Positions 27,923-40,490 of a DNA stretch of 64,000 bases are shown here, piece after piece. The position numbers were made by a program, and so were the translations under genes. The notes under the pieces were generated by a model. The model was not told the DNA's origin. It saw only the letters and a list, made by a program, of their open reading frames with translations, and did not search any database. Source of the stretch: Octopus sinensis (lineage: Eukaryota); the NCBI RefSeq assembly GCF_006345805.1, contig NC_042997.1, positions 186,434,001 through 186,498,000 of the forward strand. The letters are read 5' to 3'. Each line of letters begins with the position of its first letter. Within the stretch, counting starts at the first letter, position 1.

Positions 27923-28175
27923 TATTGGATTGGTGCATAATTATTACGGCTTTTTTCAACAAATTTTATTCAACAAAAGCAATAACAATATCTAACAAAA
28001 TCATCTTTAAATGACGGTCTGACCATCTGCCAAGCAAATGGGAAGCAGTAATTGAAGCAGATGGTGAATATGCTCCGGAATAATCATTTAAAGATGTTTT
28101 TGTTACATGTTGTTATTGATTTTGTTGAATAAAATTTGCTGAAAAAAGCCGCAATAATTATGCACCAACCCAATA
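27923..28175. mobile_element. Mariner-derived MITE with long TIRs
   Basis: TA-flanked; TIRs of 60+ bp (ttggattggtgcataattattacggc... / ...gccgcaataattatgcaccaacccaa); the interior encodes a transposase C-terminus LPSKWEAVIEADGEYAPE*. Confidence 0.88.
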
Positions 28176-29116
28176 GATTGAAAAGTAAACAACGTTTTGA
28201 ACCATGAAGAATTTGTACCGGATTTTTGCAGAATTTTGAAAATTTTTTAAATTTTTTTTGTAATTGTCTGATAACACAGACATAGACTTGACCAAATGCA
28301 TCAATAAATTAACATTGATATTTTTTTCACCGTTATTACAATTATCTGAAATAGAACTGTCAAAGCGCGATATTCGAGCAATATTGCTATTCAACTTCAA
28401 AAAGGGACGTAAAGCAGCTGAAACTGCTCGCGATATCAACGAAACGTTTGGTGAGGAAATGACCAGTGAGTGATCAGCTTGAAAATGGTTTAAACGATTT
28501 TGCAGCGGAAACCTAAGCCTTGAAGATCGTGAGCGTAGAGGACACCCATCTGTCATCGATGACGGTCAATTAAAACCGTCATTGAGACCCACGAAAAACC
28601 ATTCGAGAACTGGCAAAAGAACTTCAAGTTAGCTAGAAAACTGCCTGCAACCATTTGCATGCGATCGGAAAATGAAAAATGCTCGACAAATGGGTATCAC
28701 ACGATTTGAATGAAAATCAGAAAATGCGCAGATATGAAATTTGCTCGTCGCTCCTTCTCCATTACCAGACCGATTCATTTCTCGACCGAATTGTAACTTC
28801 GCAGTGATTGGACCAAAGTGAAGCACTGAAAACCTTCCCTAAACCCGGGCTCTTCAAAAAGAAGGTTATGGTAACTGTTTGGTGGTGTACTGCAGAAACG
28901 TGTTGCCATAAAATTGCCAAAATGAACGAAAAACTGCTACTCCTTCGTCCCAGAGTAGTTAACAGAAGGTGGCCAATCGTTCTTCATGACAATGCTCGAC
29001 CACACGTTTCACTAATGATGCTCCTGAATTTGAGGGAATTTGACTACAAAGTTCTTCGCCACCCAGCTTATTTCTCAGACCTTTCTTCTAGCTACTGCCA
29101 CTTTTCCAAGCACATT
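28176..29116 (+). mobile_element. Decayed mariner transposase, Hsmar1/cecropia-like, 3' truncated
   Basis: KRDIRAILLFNFKKGRKAAETARDINETFG, WFKRF, WVSHDL (WVPHEL motif), KKVMVTVWW, HDNARPH, HPAYFSDL (YSPDL motif); multiple stops and deletions. Confidence 0.9.
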
Positions 29117-29514
29117 GATGCTGGTGTGTTTACATCCCGTAACTTAGCGGTTCGGCAAAAGAAACCGCCTTTCGTCGAGCAAATCGACCCCAGAACTTAT
29201 TCTTTGTAAGCCTACTACTTATTCTATCAGTCTCTTTTGCCGAACCTCTAAGTTACGGGGACGTAAACACACCACCATCGATTGTCAAACGATATTGGGA
29301 GGGACAAACACAGACACACAAACATATACACACACACATACATATATATACGACGGGCTTCTTTTCAGTTTCTGCCTACTAAATCCACTCACAATGCTTT
29401 AGTCGGCCCGAGGCTATAGCAGAAGACACTTGCCCGAGATGTCACGCAGTGGGACTGAACCCAGAACCATGTGGTTCGTAAGCAGCTACTTACCTCACAG
29501 CCACTTCTACGCCT
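29117..29514 (-). mobile_element. SINE family A copy with an inverted fragment replacing its 3' tail
   Basis: 29164-29514 is minus-strand A; 29117-29167 is a plus-strand duplicate of the A segment at about 29229-29279. Confidence 0.8.
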
Positions 29515-29763
29515 ATTATGTATGTATACATGTAAATATGTATGTACGTATGTATGCATGTAAATATATATATGTATATATGTTGTATGTATGTATGCAT
29601 GTATGTAGTATGTAGTGTTATGTATGTATGTGTGGCATGTATGTATGTATGTATGTATGTATGTATGTATTATGTATGTATGTATGTGTGTGTGCATGTA
29701 TGTATGTGTGTACTGTTGTATGTGTGTATGTATATGTATGTATATGTATATATGTATGTTGTA

Positions 29764-29799
<36 letters not shown>

Positions 29800-30824
29800 T
29801 GTTGTATATTATGTATGATGTATGTATGTATGTATGTATGTATATCGACAGGTTCTATGCTCCAGTATATTCTTGATCGTCTGCAAGTTCGTATATATCA
29901 ACGCTTCTATGGTTATATTGCTGATGTCGTTGTTATTGTTGTTGTTGTTGCTGTTGTTGTTAAGATTATACTTGTTATTACTACAAGTGATGTTGTTGTT
30001 ATCTATTTTCCTGTCCAACTTTGCCCGTTCTGCCTGCACAAATAATTAATAATCTTCCTTCAACATCCATAAAACAAATAATATAGCATTCCATTTTATT
30101 TTTTAGCTTTTTTTTTTTGTTTTTTCTTGTTTTTTGCTTTCAATTAACCTTAATAACCACCACCACCACCGCCGCCACCATCACCATCACCATTATCATT
30201 TCTTCTCCCATCAGCGCTAAATTATGATGTTCATCACAATGATCATAATCATTTACTAATGATGATGACAGTGACGATAAAAAGCGTTGATGACATTAAT
30301 GATAATGCTGCTGATTGCTTCTATGGTGGTGGTGGTGGTGGTGGTGCTGGTGCTGGTGCTAGTGGGCTGATGGTGCTGGGGCTTGGTGGTGCTGGTGCTG
30401 ATGCTGGTATGGGTTGGTGGTGGTGGTGGTGGTGGTGGTGGTGGTGGGTTGATGGTGCTGGGGCTGATGGTGCTGGTGAGGCTGGTGGTGCTGATACTGG
30501 TGGTGGTAGTGGTGGTGGTGGTGGTGATGGTGGGCTGATGGTGCTGGGGCTGGTGGTACTGGCTCTGGGGCTGGTGGTGCTGGTTCTGGGGCTGGTTCTG
30601 GTGAGGCTGGCGGTGCTGATACTGGTGGTGGTGGTGGTGGTGGTGGTGGTTATGTTGCTAATATTTTTGCTGCTACCTCTACTATCACCGTCATTACTAC
30701 TTGATTAGTACTTTATTTTATTGACCCCAAAATCATGAAAGACAAATTTGACCTCAGTGGAATTTGAACTCAGATCCGCAAGATATTTTGTCCAAAAGTA
30801 GCGATTCTGCCAATCTACCGCCCA

Positions 30825-30870
<46 letters not shown>

Positions 30871-30873
<3 letters not shown>

Positions 30874-31215
30874 GCCCTGATGCAGTACCAGACAGTGGCT
30901 CTCGTGGCTTCTGATCTTAACTGATTGGAAGTGTTATCATGTACATTGTTTTGTCTTGGTATAAAAGATGGGCTACAGCAAATATTCTCTTCAATACCAC
31001 AGATTTGCTTGTCAGTTGTTTGACCTTAACCAGTTGAGCATGTCCCTTAGTGGCTGACGATATGTGCATCTCTGATCACGAGCAGAAGTGGTGGGGAGCA
31101 TCATAGCCATGTGTTGAAAGGAATTCTTGGAGGTTTGGATAATTCACCTTTGGAAACATGGGTGGTTCGTTCAACATCCTTGAATAATTCTTATTCAGGG
31201 ACCCTTTGAGCGGGA
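30871..31215. mobile_element. Interspersed repeat abutting (AAT)n, partial copy
   Basis: High identity to 56193-56480 (gattggaagtgttatcatgtacattg...gagcgggatg); starts directly after (AAT)n. Confidence 0.8.
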
Positions 31216-31289
31216 TGATTTTTAAAATGAGAATATTTGAAATAAACTCGACTGCTCTTACAAACGAGAATACTTAAAATGAACCCGCC

Positions 31290-31490
31290 CGTCTCAAAAA
31301 TAAAGTTAAAACCAGGAAAAATTATCCCGAATCCTTGTCCGGTATCAGATCGATCCCAAAATCCAATCAGTTCGTGCCAGTCACGAGGTCAAACATCCCT
31401 GAAAGTTTCATCCGAATCTATCCAGCGGTTCTTGAGATATTTTGTCCACGGAAAATAATACCTCCACCTTCGCTTTTGCGGACGTAATAA
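31290..31490 (+). mobile_element. Non-autonomous Helitron/Helentron-like repeat remnant
   Basis: aaagtttcatccgaatctatccagcggttcttgagatatt plus a degenerate terminal hairpin acctcc...gcggacgt; resembles recalled HINE-type elements; family call unverified. Confidence 0.4.
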
Positions 31491-31661
31491 TGGCCTCTCC
31501 CATCGAAGACCACGTATGACTGTTTAGCTTTTACCGAACGACCTGCACAAATGATTTGTTTATAGTGATCGAATGTATGTACTGTACACATTCCTGTAGC
31601 ACTGCCATGTCAAATACTTTTGGAAATGGTCAATGATCTTTGACCCGAAGATCCTCCATAA

Positions 31662-32146
31662 GACCTTGAAATAGAAATTGGCAAAATGTGGAACCGTAAG
31701 ACTAAAACAATACCTGTTGTCATAGCTGCCCTAGGAATGATAGCAAAAGGGGTTAATTGCTACCTATCTCAGATTCCAGGATATCCAAAAATGGAAGAAA
31801 TTTAAAAACTAGTGCTCATGGAACTGCTCATATCCTTCGAAAGAATTGTCTATGTAATCCCCAAAACATTGTGAAAAGAAGTGTTAAAGGTCCATAATAG
31901 CAAACACATTTTACTGTCATTTTAAGATCACAGTATCATCTTATAATCAAATTACTTTTAAAACAAACTTCTAATTTTCTTAGGATTTGACAGACATTCT
32001 CTACAACAGTACTCTATGCAAAACCAAAAATATGGCACCCTAGTCATAACACCAACTTGAATTTCTAATTTGTTGTCTCTTGAGATCCTTGGATGAGACT
32101 TGGAGTCAGCGTGTACAAATACAAAGCAAAAGCCAATCATACGATA
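31662..32146 (+). mobile_element. R4/Dong-clade non-LTR retrotransposon, 3' remnant (RLE C-terminus plus 3' UTR)
   Basis: DLEIEIGKMWNRKTKTIPVVIAALGMIAKG..YLSQIPG..EEI*KLVL..(fs)GTAHILRK. Confidence 0.8.
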
Positions 32147-32187
32147 ATCTTTTAGTAGAAAGGATTATTGTATGATTGGCTTTTGCT

Positions 32188-32603
32188 TTGCAAGGCCTGA
32201 AATTTGGCGGGAGAGACTAATCGATTACATCGACCTCAGTGTTTCACTGGCACTTAATTTATCGACCCCGAAAAGATAAAAGGCAAAATCGACCTCGGCG
32301 GAATTTGAACTCAGAACGAAGCGACAGGCGAAATACCACTAAGCATTTCGTCCAGCGTGCTAATGATTCTTATTTCTTTACTGCCCACAAGGGGTTAAAC
32401 ACAGAGGGGACAAACAAGGACAGACAAACGGATTAAGTCGATTATATCGACCCCAGTGCGTAATTGGTACTTATTTAATCGACCCCGAAAGAATGAAAGG
32501 AAAAGTCGACCTCGGCGGAATTTGAACTCAGAACGCAATGACAGACGAAATACCACTAAGCATTTCGCCCGGCGTGCTAAAGTTTCTGCCAGCTCGCTGC
32601 CTT
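32188..32603 (-). mobile_element. SINE family B dimer
   Basis: Same architecture and junction (AAAGAAATA-AGAATC) as 2500-2922; junction near 32370. Confidence 0.88.
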
Positions 32604-32714
32604 AATCAATTAATGAAATAAGAACCACTGACATATCTAGTCACCCATCTACACTACTCGCCATACTAAAAACAAAGGCAGTCCTCCATTCATTGCCATC
32701 ATTAACAGTAATCG

Positions 32715-32812
32715 TTAATCATCGTCGTTATCACTACCACCACCACCATCATCATCATGATTATCATCAATATATTCTGCAAATACTACCATTGTTATTA
32801 CTACTGCTGCTG

Positions 32813-32885
<73 letters not shown>

Positions 32886-32966
32886 TAATAATACTAATAA
32901 TAATAACAATAATGATGATAATAATAATAATAATAGCGATGATAATAATAATAATTAATATAATAC

Positions 32967-33041
<75 letters not shown>

Positions 33042-33191
33042 TGATGATAATAATAATAATAATAATAATAACGATGATAATAAATAATCAATAACGATGA
33101 TAATAAAAATAATAATAATAATAATGATAATAATATATAATAATATGATAGTAATAATGATAATAATAATAATAATATAATAATAATGATA

Positions 33192-33225
<34 letters not shown>

Positions 33226-33288
33226 GATGATAATAAAAATAAAATAACGATGATAATAAAAATAATAATAATAATGATAGTAATAATG

Positions 33289-33324
<36 letters not shown>

Positions 33325-33462
33325 TAATAATAATACGATGATAATAATAATAATAATAACGATGATAATAAAAATAATAATAATAATAATGATAATAATA
33401 ATAATAATAATGATGATAATAATATTAATAATGATAATAACAACAACAACAACAACAACAAC

Positions 33463-33500
<38 letters not shown>

Positions 33501-33555
33501 TAATAATAATAATGATGATGATGATGAGGATGATGATGATGATGATGATGATTTT
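32715..33555. repeat. (CAT/ACT/AAT/GAT)n trinucleotide block
   Basis: Directly visible. Confidence 0.95.
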
Positions 33556-35005
33556 ATTTGCCACCAGGGCGAAGGATGAGGGAGGCAATACAAAGACAAA
33601 TAAAGTGTTGGGGTTTACATATAATAAAATGATAAAATAACTAAATAAGTAACAAAAAAATGTAAGTATGCATAGTATACGATTTCTATCCCTATTGCTT
33701 CGATCATTAACCCTTCAACAGTACCCCCTTTTGTCCATGAAACAAATTATATATTAAGATAAAGGCATCCACCCGCCTTAGCCATCCACCCGGGCACTGT
33801 TACCCTTAAAAGCCTGACATGTAAAGGTCACCCAGAATGAAAAATGCCTATTACATATTGTCGTTTTACCCTTCAACATTTTTGGTTGCTGTTGTTGTTG
33901 TTGTTGTTTAAGCGGGATGTGCACTCAACCGTAACTGTCTCCAACTGCCATAATGATCATCTGTGGACAAATTGGAGAGAGGGGATAGAAAGAGAGACAG
34001 ACAGACAGACAGGGGAGAGGGAGTGTTGCTATGCAATCTACTGAGGTGGCGGAAAGAGAGTACCTTTATTGTGATGAGTGATGTCATCTTAGGAGTGTAC
34101 GGGGTGGATGGAAAATGAGGAGGAGGAGAGGGAGGAGGAGGAAGAGGAGGAGGAGAGGGAAGGAGGGAGGGAAGAAGAAGAAGAAAAAGAAGGGGAGGGG
34201 AGGGGGAGGTGTTATTCAGTGCTTGATGACTTGATGACTTCGTGGCAAATTTCTGGATTTTAAAGCAAGAGATTAGAAGGTTAGCAAATTGAGAGAGACA
34301 GACAGACAGACAAACAGAGCTACAGCATGGTCGGTGAGGTGGGCGCTGCAGATTTAATATTTTGGAGGTGGATGGAGGAAAGTGTGCGGCGGAGTAGCGG
34401 GTGGGCTGGGGGATCTGTCATCATATGCATTGCAAACAGAATGTGAATGAGTATGTAGGCAACGGGGGTGATAAAAATCTCATGTGTGAAATGAGATGAG
34501 ATGAGATGAGATGAGATGAGATGGGAAGAGCTGGGATGGGTTTGGAGAAAAGCAGGACAAATACTCGTTCGTACTAACAAATTTTGTCATTTAAAATGCC
34601 TCCATTGATTTCAAAGAATCTGGAAAGGTTTCAGGGTTCATTGCCGCTCAGTCGATTATTAATATTTTATTGGTTTGTCTTTTTGTTTCGTTTCGTTTTG
34701 TTTTATTTCGCCAAGTTTTAGCCAGTTCGTTTGTTACTGTCTGTTATTCATATAATGTCAATGGTTTTTTTTTTATGATTAAATAGCTTCAGTGTAAAAG
34801 AAGGATCCAAGGTGTCACTACTTCTGTTAACAAGAGCAACAAAGAGAAGTTTGGATGGAGGAATGTCTAAATATGTTACGTTGGTATGAGAGAGATGGGT
34901 GTTGAATATAGAAGAGCGGAGAAAATTGGAGAGAAAGAAATTAGTCGAATAATTGTCCATTAGACAGTGTATAATTGTAGACATGATTGCTCAGATGTGT
35001 GTCCC

Positions 35006-35699
35006 CTCTCCGACGTTATTTCTTCATAACTTTTAGGGAAATTACTATTTTTTTATGAAAATTATCTACAAATACCTTTCAGATGCAGTATAAACTGGTT
35101 ATATCGGAATATATCGCGCAAAAAAAATTATGGGAGGGCAGGCATACTTACTGAAACACATCACATAATGTTTTCGAATTTTCAGATTTCCTTTTGTAGA
35201 TGTGTGTGTGTGTGTGTGTGCCTGCGTGAGTTTGTCTGTCTGTCAGTTTGTCTGTGCCTGTGTGCCTGCGTGTGTCTGCCTGTCTGTGTGCGTGTGTGTC
35301 TGTGTCTGTCTGTTTGTCTGTCTGTGTCTCAGTGTGTGTGTCTGTCTGTCTCTGTGTGTATGTCTGTCTGTCTGTGCCTGTGTATCTGTGTGTGTCTGTT
35401 TGTTTGTCTGTGCCTGTGTGCGTGCGTGTGTGTTTGTCTGGTTGTCTGTGTGTGTGTGTGTATCTGTCTCTATGTGTGTCTGCTTGTGTGTATGTGTGTG
35501 TATGTGTGTGTGTCTGCGTGTATGTCTCTGTGTGCGTATGTATGTGTAAGCACTCACCAACTTAATTTTTTTTTCTTCCTTTTCACATTAAATTCCGGTG
35601 TAAGCGTAATCTACATCATCTAAAATTTACTTCTAAAAAAATTCATCGAAAGGTATCCATTCTTCTGAAAGTTATGAGGAAACAAATTCGATAGGAGAG
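35006..35699. mobile_element. TIR-bounded non-autonomous element with an internal TG/TC microsatellite
   Basis: ctctcc..tttcttcataacttttag at left versus ctgaaagttatgaggaaa..ggagag at right; inner match atacctttc(a)gatg / catcgaaaggtat. Confidence 0.5.
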
Positions 35700-36254
35700 C
35701 ACTTTTGTGTAGTTATGCCCAATTTTAATCTACGAGAGAGGAACAGTGTTACAAGTGTTCTTGAGAAAGTAAATGGCTGAAGCATAAAGTGATGTGTGTA
35801 AGACGCATAATTGTACTGATACGTATTGGATGGGGAAAAACAAACTGTGCTTGCGTTGACAGTGATAGATGTCTATCTGTAGTAGAGGCAGAATGGAGAA
35901 GATATGGATCGGGAGAAACTCGTAAGTGTAGATCTGAAAATGTTTGGCTTTGCAAAGAGACAGCAAGAAAACAAAATACACTTAATTCCATTTCGTTCCT
36001 CTCAAATCATTTGCGCTCTAGCTCAGCTGCAGATTAAATTTGTGCATCCGATGGATAGTGTTTGGTTTATTTCTTTACAGCTTTCACTGATCTATGAGTA
36101 TTCGATGTCCATTGCTCTTCATTTGCGAACTGTCGACTCGTACAAACAATGACGACATAAAGCAAAAAAGCAAACAAAGAAAAACAAAAGCAAAAACAGT
36201 AAAATGACAATGATGGTGATTATTAATAACTTGCCTTCAATTGTTTCGGCTCCG

Positions 36255-36714
36255 AATGTTCCAAGTTCAAATCCCACCGAGGTTAAATTTTCCTTTCATC
36301 CCTCAGGAACCCACAAGGGGCTACACACAGAGAAGACAAACAAGAACAGAAAAACGGATTTAAGTCGATTATATCAACCCCAGTGCGTAACTGGTACTTA
36401 TTTAATCGACCCCGAAAGGATGAAAGGCAAAGTCGACCTCGGCGGAATTTGAACTCTGAATGTAACGGCAGACGAAATACGTATTTCTTTATTACCCACA
36501 AGGGGCTAAACATAGAGGGGACAAACAAGGACAGACATAGGTATTAAGTCGATTATATCGACCCCAGAGCGTAACTGGTACTTAATTTATCGACCCCGAA
36601 AGGATGAAAGGCAAAGTTGACCTCGGCGGAATTTGAACTCACAACGTAACGACAGACGAAATACCGCTAAGCATTTCATCCGGCGTGCTAACGTTTCTGC
36701 CAGCTCGCCGCCTT
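36255..36714 (-). mobile_element. SINE family B dimer (36310-36714) preceded by a short plus-strand B fragment
   Basis: Junction AAAGAAATA-CGTATTTCGTC near 36481. Confidence 0.85.
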
Positions 36715-36842
36715 CAACAAAATAAAATACCAGTGAAATACCGTTGCTACCAAATAGTGTTAGTCAAGTGACAGTCAAGTACTAGGGTCGATATAATTGA
36801 CTTTCCCTTCCCCTTAAAATTACTGGGTATATGCCAAAATTT

Positions 36843-37180
36843 GTGAAGGCGCATGGCTCAGTGGTTAGAGCGTCGATCTTACGATCGTGAGGTTGTGAGC
36901 TCGAATCCCGGACCGGGCTGCGTGTTGTTTTCTTGAGCAAGACACTTTATTTCACGTTGCTCCAGTTCACTCAGCTGTAGAAATGAGTTGCGACGTCACA
37001 GGTGCCAAGCTGTATCGGCCTTTGCCTTTCCCTTGGATAACACTGGTGGCGTGGAGAGGGGAGGCCGGTATGCATGGGTGACTGGTAGTCTTCCATAAAC
37101 ATCCTTGCCCAGATTTGTGCCTGGGAGGGTAACTTTTTAGGTGCAATCCCATGGTCAGTGTCGTGACCGAAAGGGGTCTC
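36843..37180 (+). mobile_element. SINE family D, full copy (CORE-SINE-like)
   Basis: Head TGGCTCAGTGG / GCTCGAATCCC; segment ttgagcaagacactttatttc..ctcagctgtagaaatgag resembles the CORE domain. Confidence 0.88.
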
Positions 37181-37686
37181 AGATATGCTAAAATTTAAAA
37201 CAATTATTGTTGTTATTGTTTTTGTTTTTGATTTTGATGTTGTATTTTCGTAGTAGGAAGGTGCCTTTTCTTTTTAGTTTCCCTACCAAAATACTATCAC
37301 TTCAAGAATTTCCAAATCAAAATTCCATTGGAGTACTTTGTACAAAAATTTATTATTGTCCAAGAAAGAGCGACCCTTAGTGCTCAGGTACAGACAACAG
37401 AAAATAGGGATTTACTTCACGAACTTATAACATTTTATTCGAAGAGATTAGTTTCATATCCAAAATGGCTACCACATACAATTATGCTTCATGTCAATAC
37501 ATCGCAAAGGTTAAAAAGCACACAAGATCAAAACACACTACTAAATACACAAAACAAAGAAAGAAATATCTCAAATAAGTAATTTAGAAGTCACAGTAAT
37601 AGCAACAACAACAGTAACGACTCTTACATTTCCAGACACTACGGCTGATATGTATATATGTATGACAGACAGACAGACAGACAGAC

Positions 37687-37793
<107 letters not shown>

Positions 37794-37961
37794 CAGATAG
37801 ATATAGAGTGTGATGGGAAAACTGCCGCCATTTTATATTTCTAATTTCGTGCATGCGCATTGTTCGTTTTTGATTTTGACGACTACACAGTATAGTACAC
37901 TCAGATGGTTACCGTCTGTGAGAAAAACAGCATTATCATAATCACCTTCATCGGGTGTCGT

Positions 37962-38044
37962 GGGGAAATTTCGAACCCGGGTTCGAAATTTCCCCCAAGA
38001 CATCTGATGAAGGCTGGAGGGTATATCAACAGAAACGTTGTATT
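37962..38044 (+). ncRNA. Perfect 34-bp palindrome followed by a degenerate hammerhead motif
   Basis: ggggaaatttcgaacccgggttcgaaatttcccc (37962-37995); CTGATGA 38004-38010; partly broken stem II ggctg/caaca; GAAACGTT 38032-38039. Confidence 0.55.
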
Positions 38045-38649
38045 AACAACAAACAAGATGAGGACAAATATCCGTCAAATCTAAATAATGTAAATAATGT
38101 GCATAATTCTTTATCTCTTAAATATAGGACTGTATTACAGCATATATATTTTTTTTATCGGAAAGTGTTAGTTTTACAAATTTTACACTTGTTTGCCATG
38201 AGCTCAAAAATAATTTTACCGCGCATGATAAAGTGTTGAATTAAAAGATCAACCTACTAAAGCCATCATATATTTAAAGAGTGAGAGTTTGAAATTAATC
38301 ATAAAACAAAATAATTAATTAGTTAAACATTAAAAAGTGAATGATAATTCAAATTAAATATTTTGTTTGTTGTTAGCAAAGATATCTCTTTTGAAATAAG
38401 CATTTGTTTTAGTAGAAAACAGAGATACCGCTTAGCAATAGCGATACTGATAGCCGATGTACATATACGTAAAATAAACCGTCAGATTAAAACAGGGCAC
38501 ATCATTTAGTGAATGAAATCAAAACACGAGCCATGTATTCACGTTCGTTTGCTTATAGATGTTTCTGCTATAAATAAGTATGCACCGAGAGCTGGGCGGC
38601 AATTAGACATCTTCTAGCTACTTCAGAGCCATTTCAACGAAGGGCTTCT

Positions 38650-38695
<46 letters not shown>

Positions 38696-38860
38696 TTATA
38701 AGCATAATTATAATTAGGGTTCAGCAAAATGCTTCACGACATACCGAAATTTAATTTTTCTCTTTACCTACGTTAATTGGGATAGTATTTAACTGCTATT
38801 TCTAAATTTTGGTATGTGGTGAAGCAATTTGCTGAACCCTAATTATAATTATGCTTATAA
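38696..38860. mobile_element. Fold-back element (about 58-bp arms) next to (TA)n
   Basis: 38696-38753 is the inverted repeat of 38803-38860 with few mismatches. Confidence 0.75.
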
Positions 38861-39023
38861 TTATAGAATTTTTGTTCAAGGTTTTCAATAATGGTCTTTT
38901 TAACATACCAAACTACTTGGTAAAATGATTAATTATCAATTAATTTTACCCTTTATTATATATATATATATATATATATATAAGAGAACAAAGTGTACGC
39001 ACACCGCTATATACATATATATA

Positions 39024-39365
39024 TATATAATACAAAATGGGACAAGAACGCAAAACATCCGGACAACTAGGTGATACAAAAAGGTACAACAACACATCCA
39101 GATAGACGATACAAAGAAAACAAGGACGGGTCATTCGAAATTTTCTTTCTTCAGTCAAGCACCAGATTATCTTCGCAATTTCGGCTCATTATTCTTGAGA
39201 TTGCTCCAATCTGGTCAGCCCCAAGGAAAAACTAAGCTAAGAGCATTAGATTCCTTGAAAGAAAGCAGCGAATGTATACAAAAACAAGGACGGAAAAAAT
39301 GGACAATGTTACGCAAATACAATAAAAGTAATAACAGGACATAACAACAGGTACCTTTCGACTAA
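39024..39365 (-). mobile_element. Unclassified interspersed repeat H (second copy at 46812-47037, plus strand)
   Basis: Shared gcttagtttttccttggggctg..ccagattggagcaatctcaag...ccggatgttttgcgttcttgtcccattttgta. Confidence 0.75.
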
Positions 39366-39451
39366 GGACGAATTGAATTAAGCTGGCGCAAGAGGAAATG
39401 AAGCCCTACGGCAGAGATACAAAAGTTTAACAAACCCAGGGAAGAATATCT

Positions 39452-39674
39452 CCTATGCATACCGGCCTTCCCTCTCCAGGCCACCAAAGGAAAAACAAAG
39501 GCCGATACAGCTTGGCACCTGTGACGTCGCAACTCATTTCTACAGCTGAGTGAACTGGAGGAACGTGAAATAATGTGTCTTGCTGAAGAACACAACACGC
39601 AGCCCGGTCCGGGATTCGAACTCAACCTCGCGATCGTAAGCTCGATGCTCTAACCACTGAGCCATGCGCCTTCA
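39452..39674 (-). mobile_element. SINE family D, 3'-truncated copy
   Basis: Reverse complement of the first ~230 bp of 36843-37180. Confidence 0.85.
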
Positions 39675-39718
39675 TATATATATTTATATATATATATATT
39701 ACATTATATTATATATAA

Positions 39719-39762
<44 letters not shown>

Positions 39763-40077
39763 TGTGTGTGTGTGTACGTATGTATGTATGTATATGTATA
39801 TGTATTGGTATATAACTTTACACATACCAATTTATATAACAAAAAGAATATTTTTTCGTATATAAATCGTTCAGAAATTAGGTTTTTATTAGTATATTTA
39901 TTAGTACATTTTTATTAGTATATTTTTTAAAAAGGAAACAAGAAAGAAACCATAGAAATAGCATAAAAATTGTGCATCAGAAAAGAGAAAATTGTATTTT
40001 AAAAAATATGTATAAACAGTATTTGTAAAAAAAAATTATAAATTATATTTACACACACCCCGCACATTACACTCATA

Positions 40078-40113
<36 letters not shown>

Positions 40114-40199
40114 CACACTCACATACATACGTACACACATACATACAGACAGACAAAGAACAATCAAAAGAAACGTAATCATTGCCAAGAAACCATATT

Positions 40200-40241
40200 C
40201 ATAATAATAATAGTAATAATAATCATATAATAATAATAATA

Positions 40242-40277
<36 letters not shown>

Positions 40278-40302
40278 TAATAATAATAATAATATAATAA
40301 TA

Positions 40303-40361
<59 letters not shown>

Positions 40362-40412
40362 TAATAATAGTAATAATAATAATGATAATAATAATAATGA
40401 TAATAATAATAA

Positions 40413-40446
<34 letters not shown>

Positions 40447-40454
40447 TAATAATA

Positions 40455-40486
<32 letters not shown>

Positions 40487-40490
40487 TGCT
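40200..40490. repeat. (AAT)n microsatellite
   Basis: Directly visible. Confidence 0.95.

Noticed and set aside
30259-30708. Gly/Trp/Val-rich ORF resembling a membrane or structural protein
   Set aside because: Built from (GGT/GCT)n repeats; it reads as poly-G, poly-W or poly-V depending only on frame.
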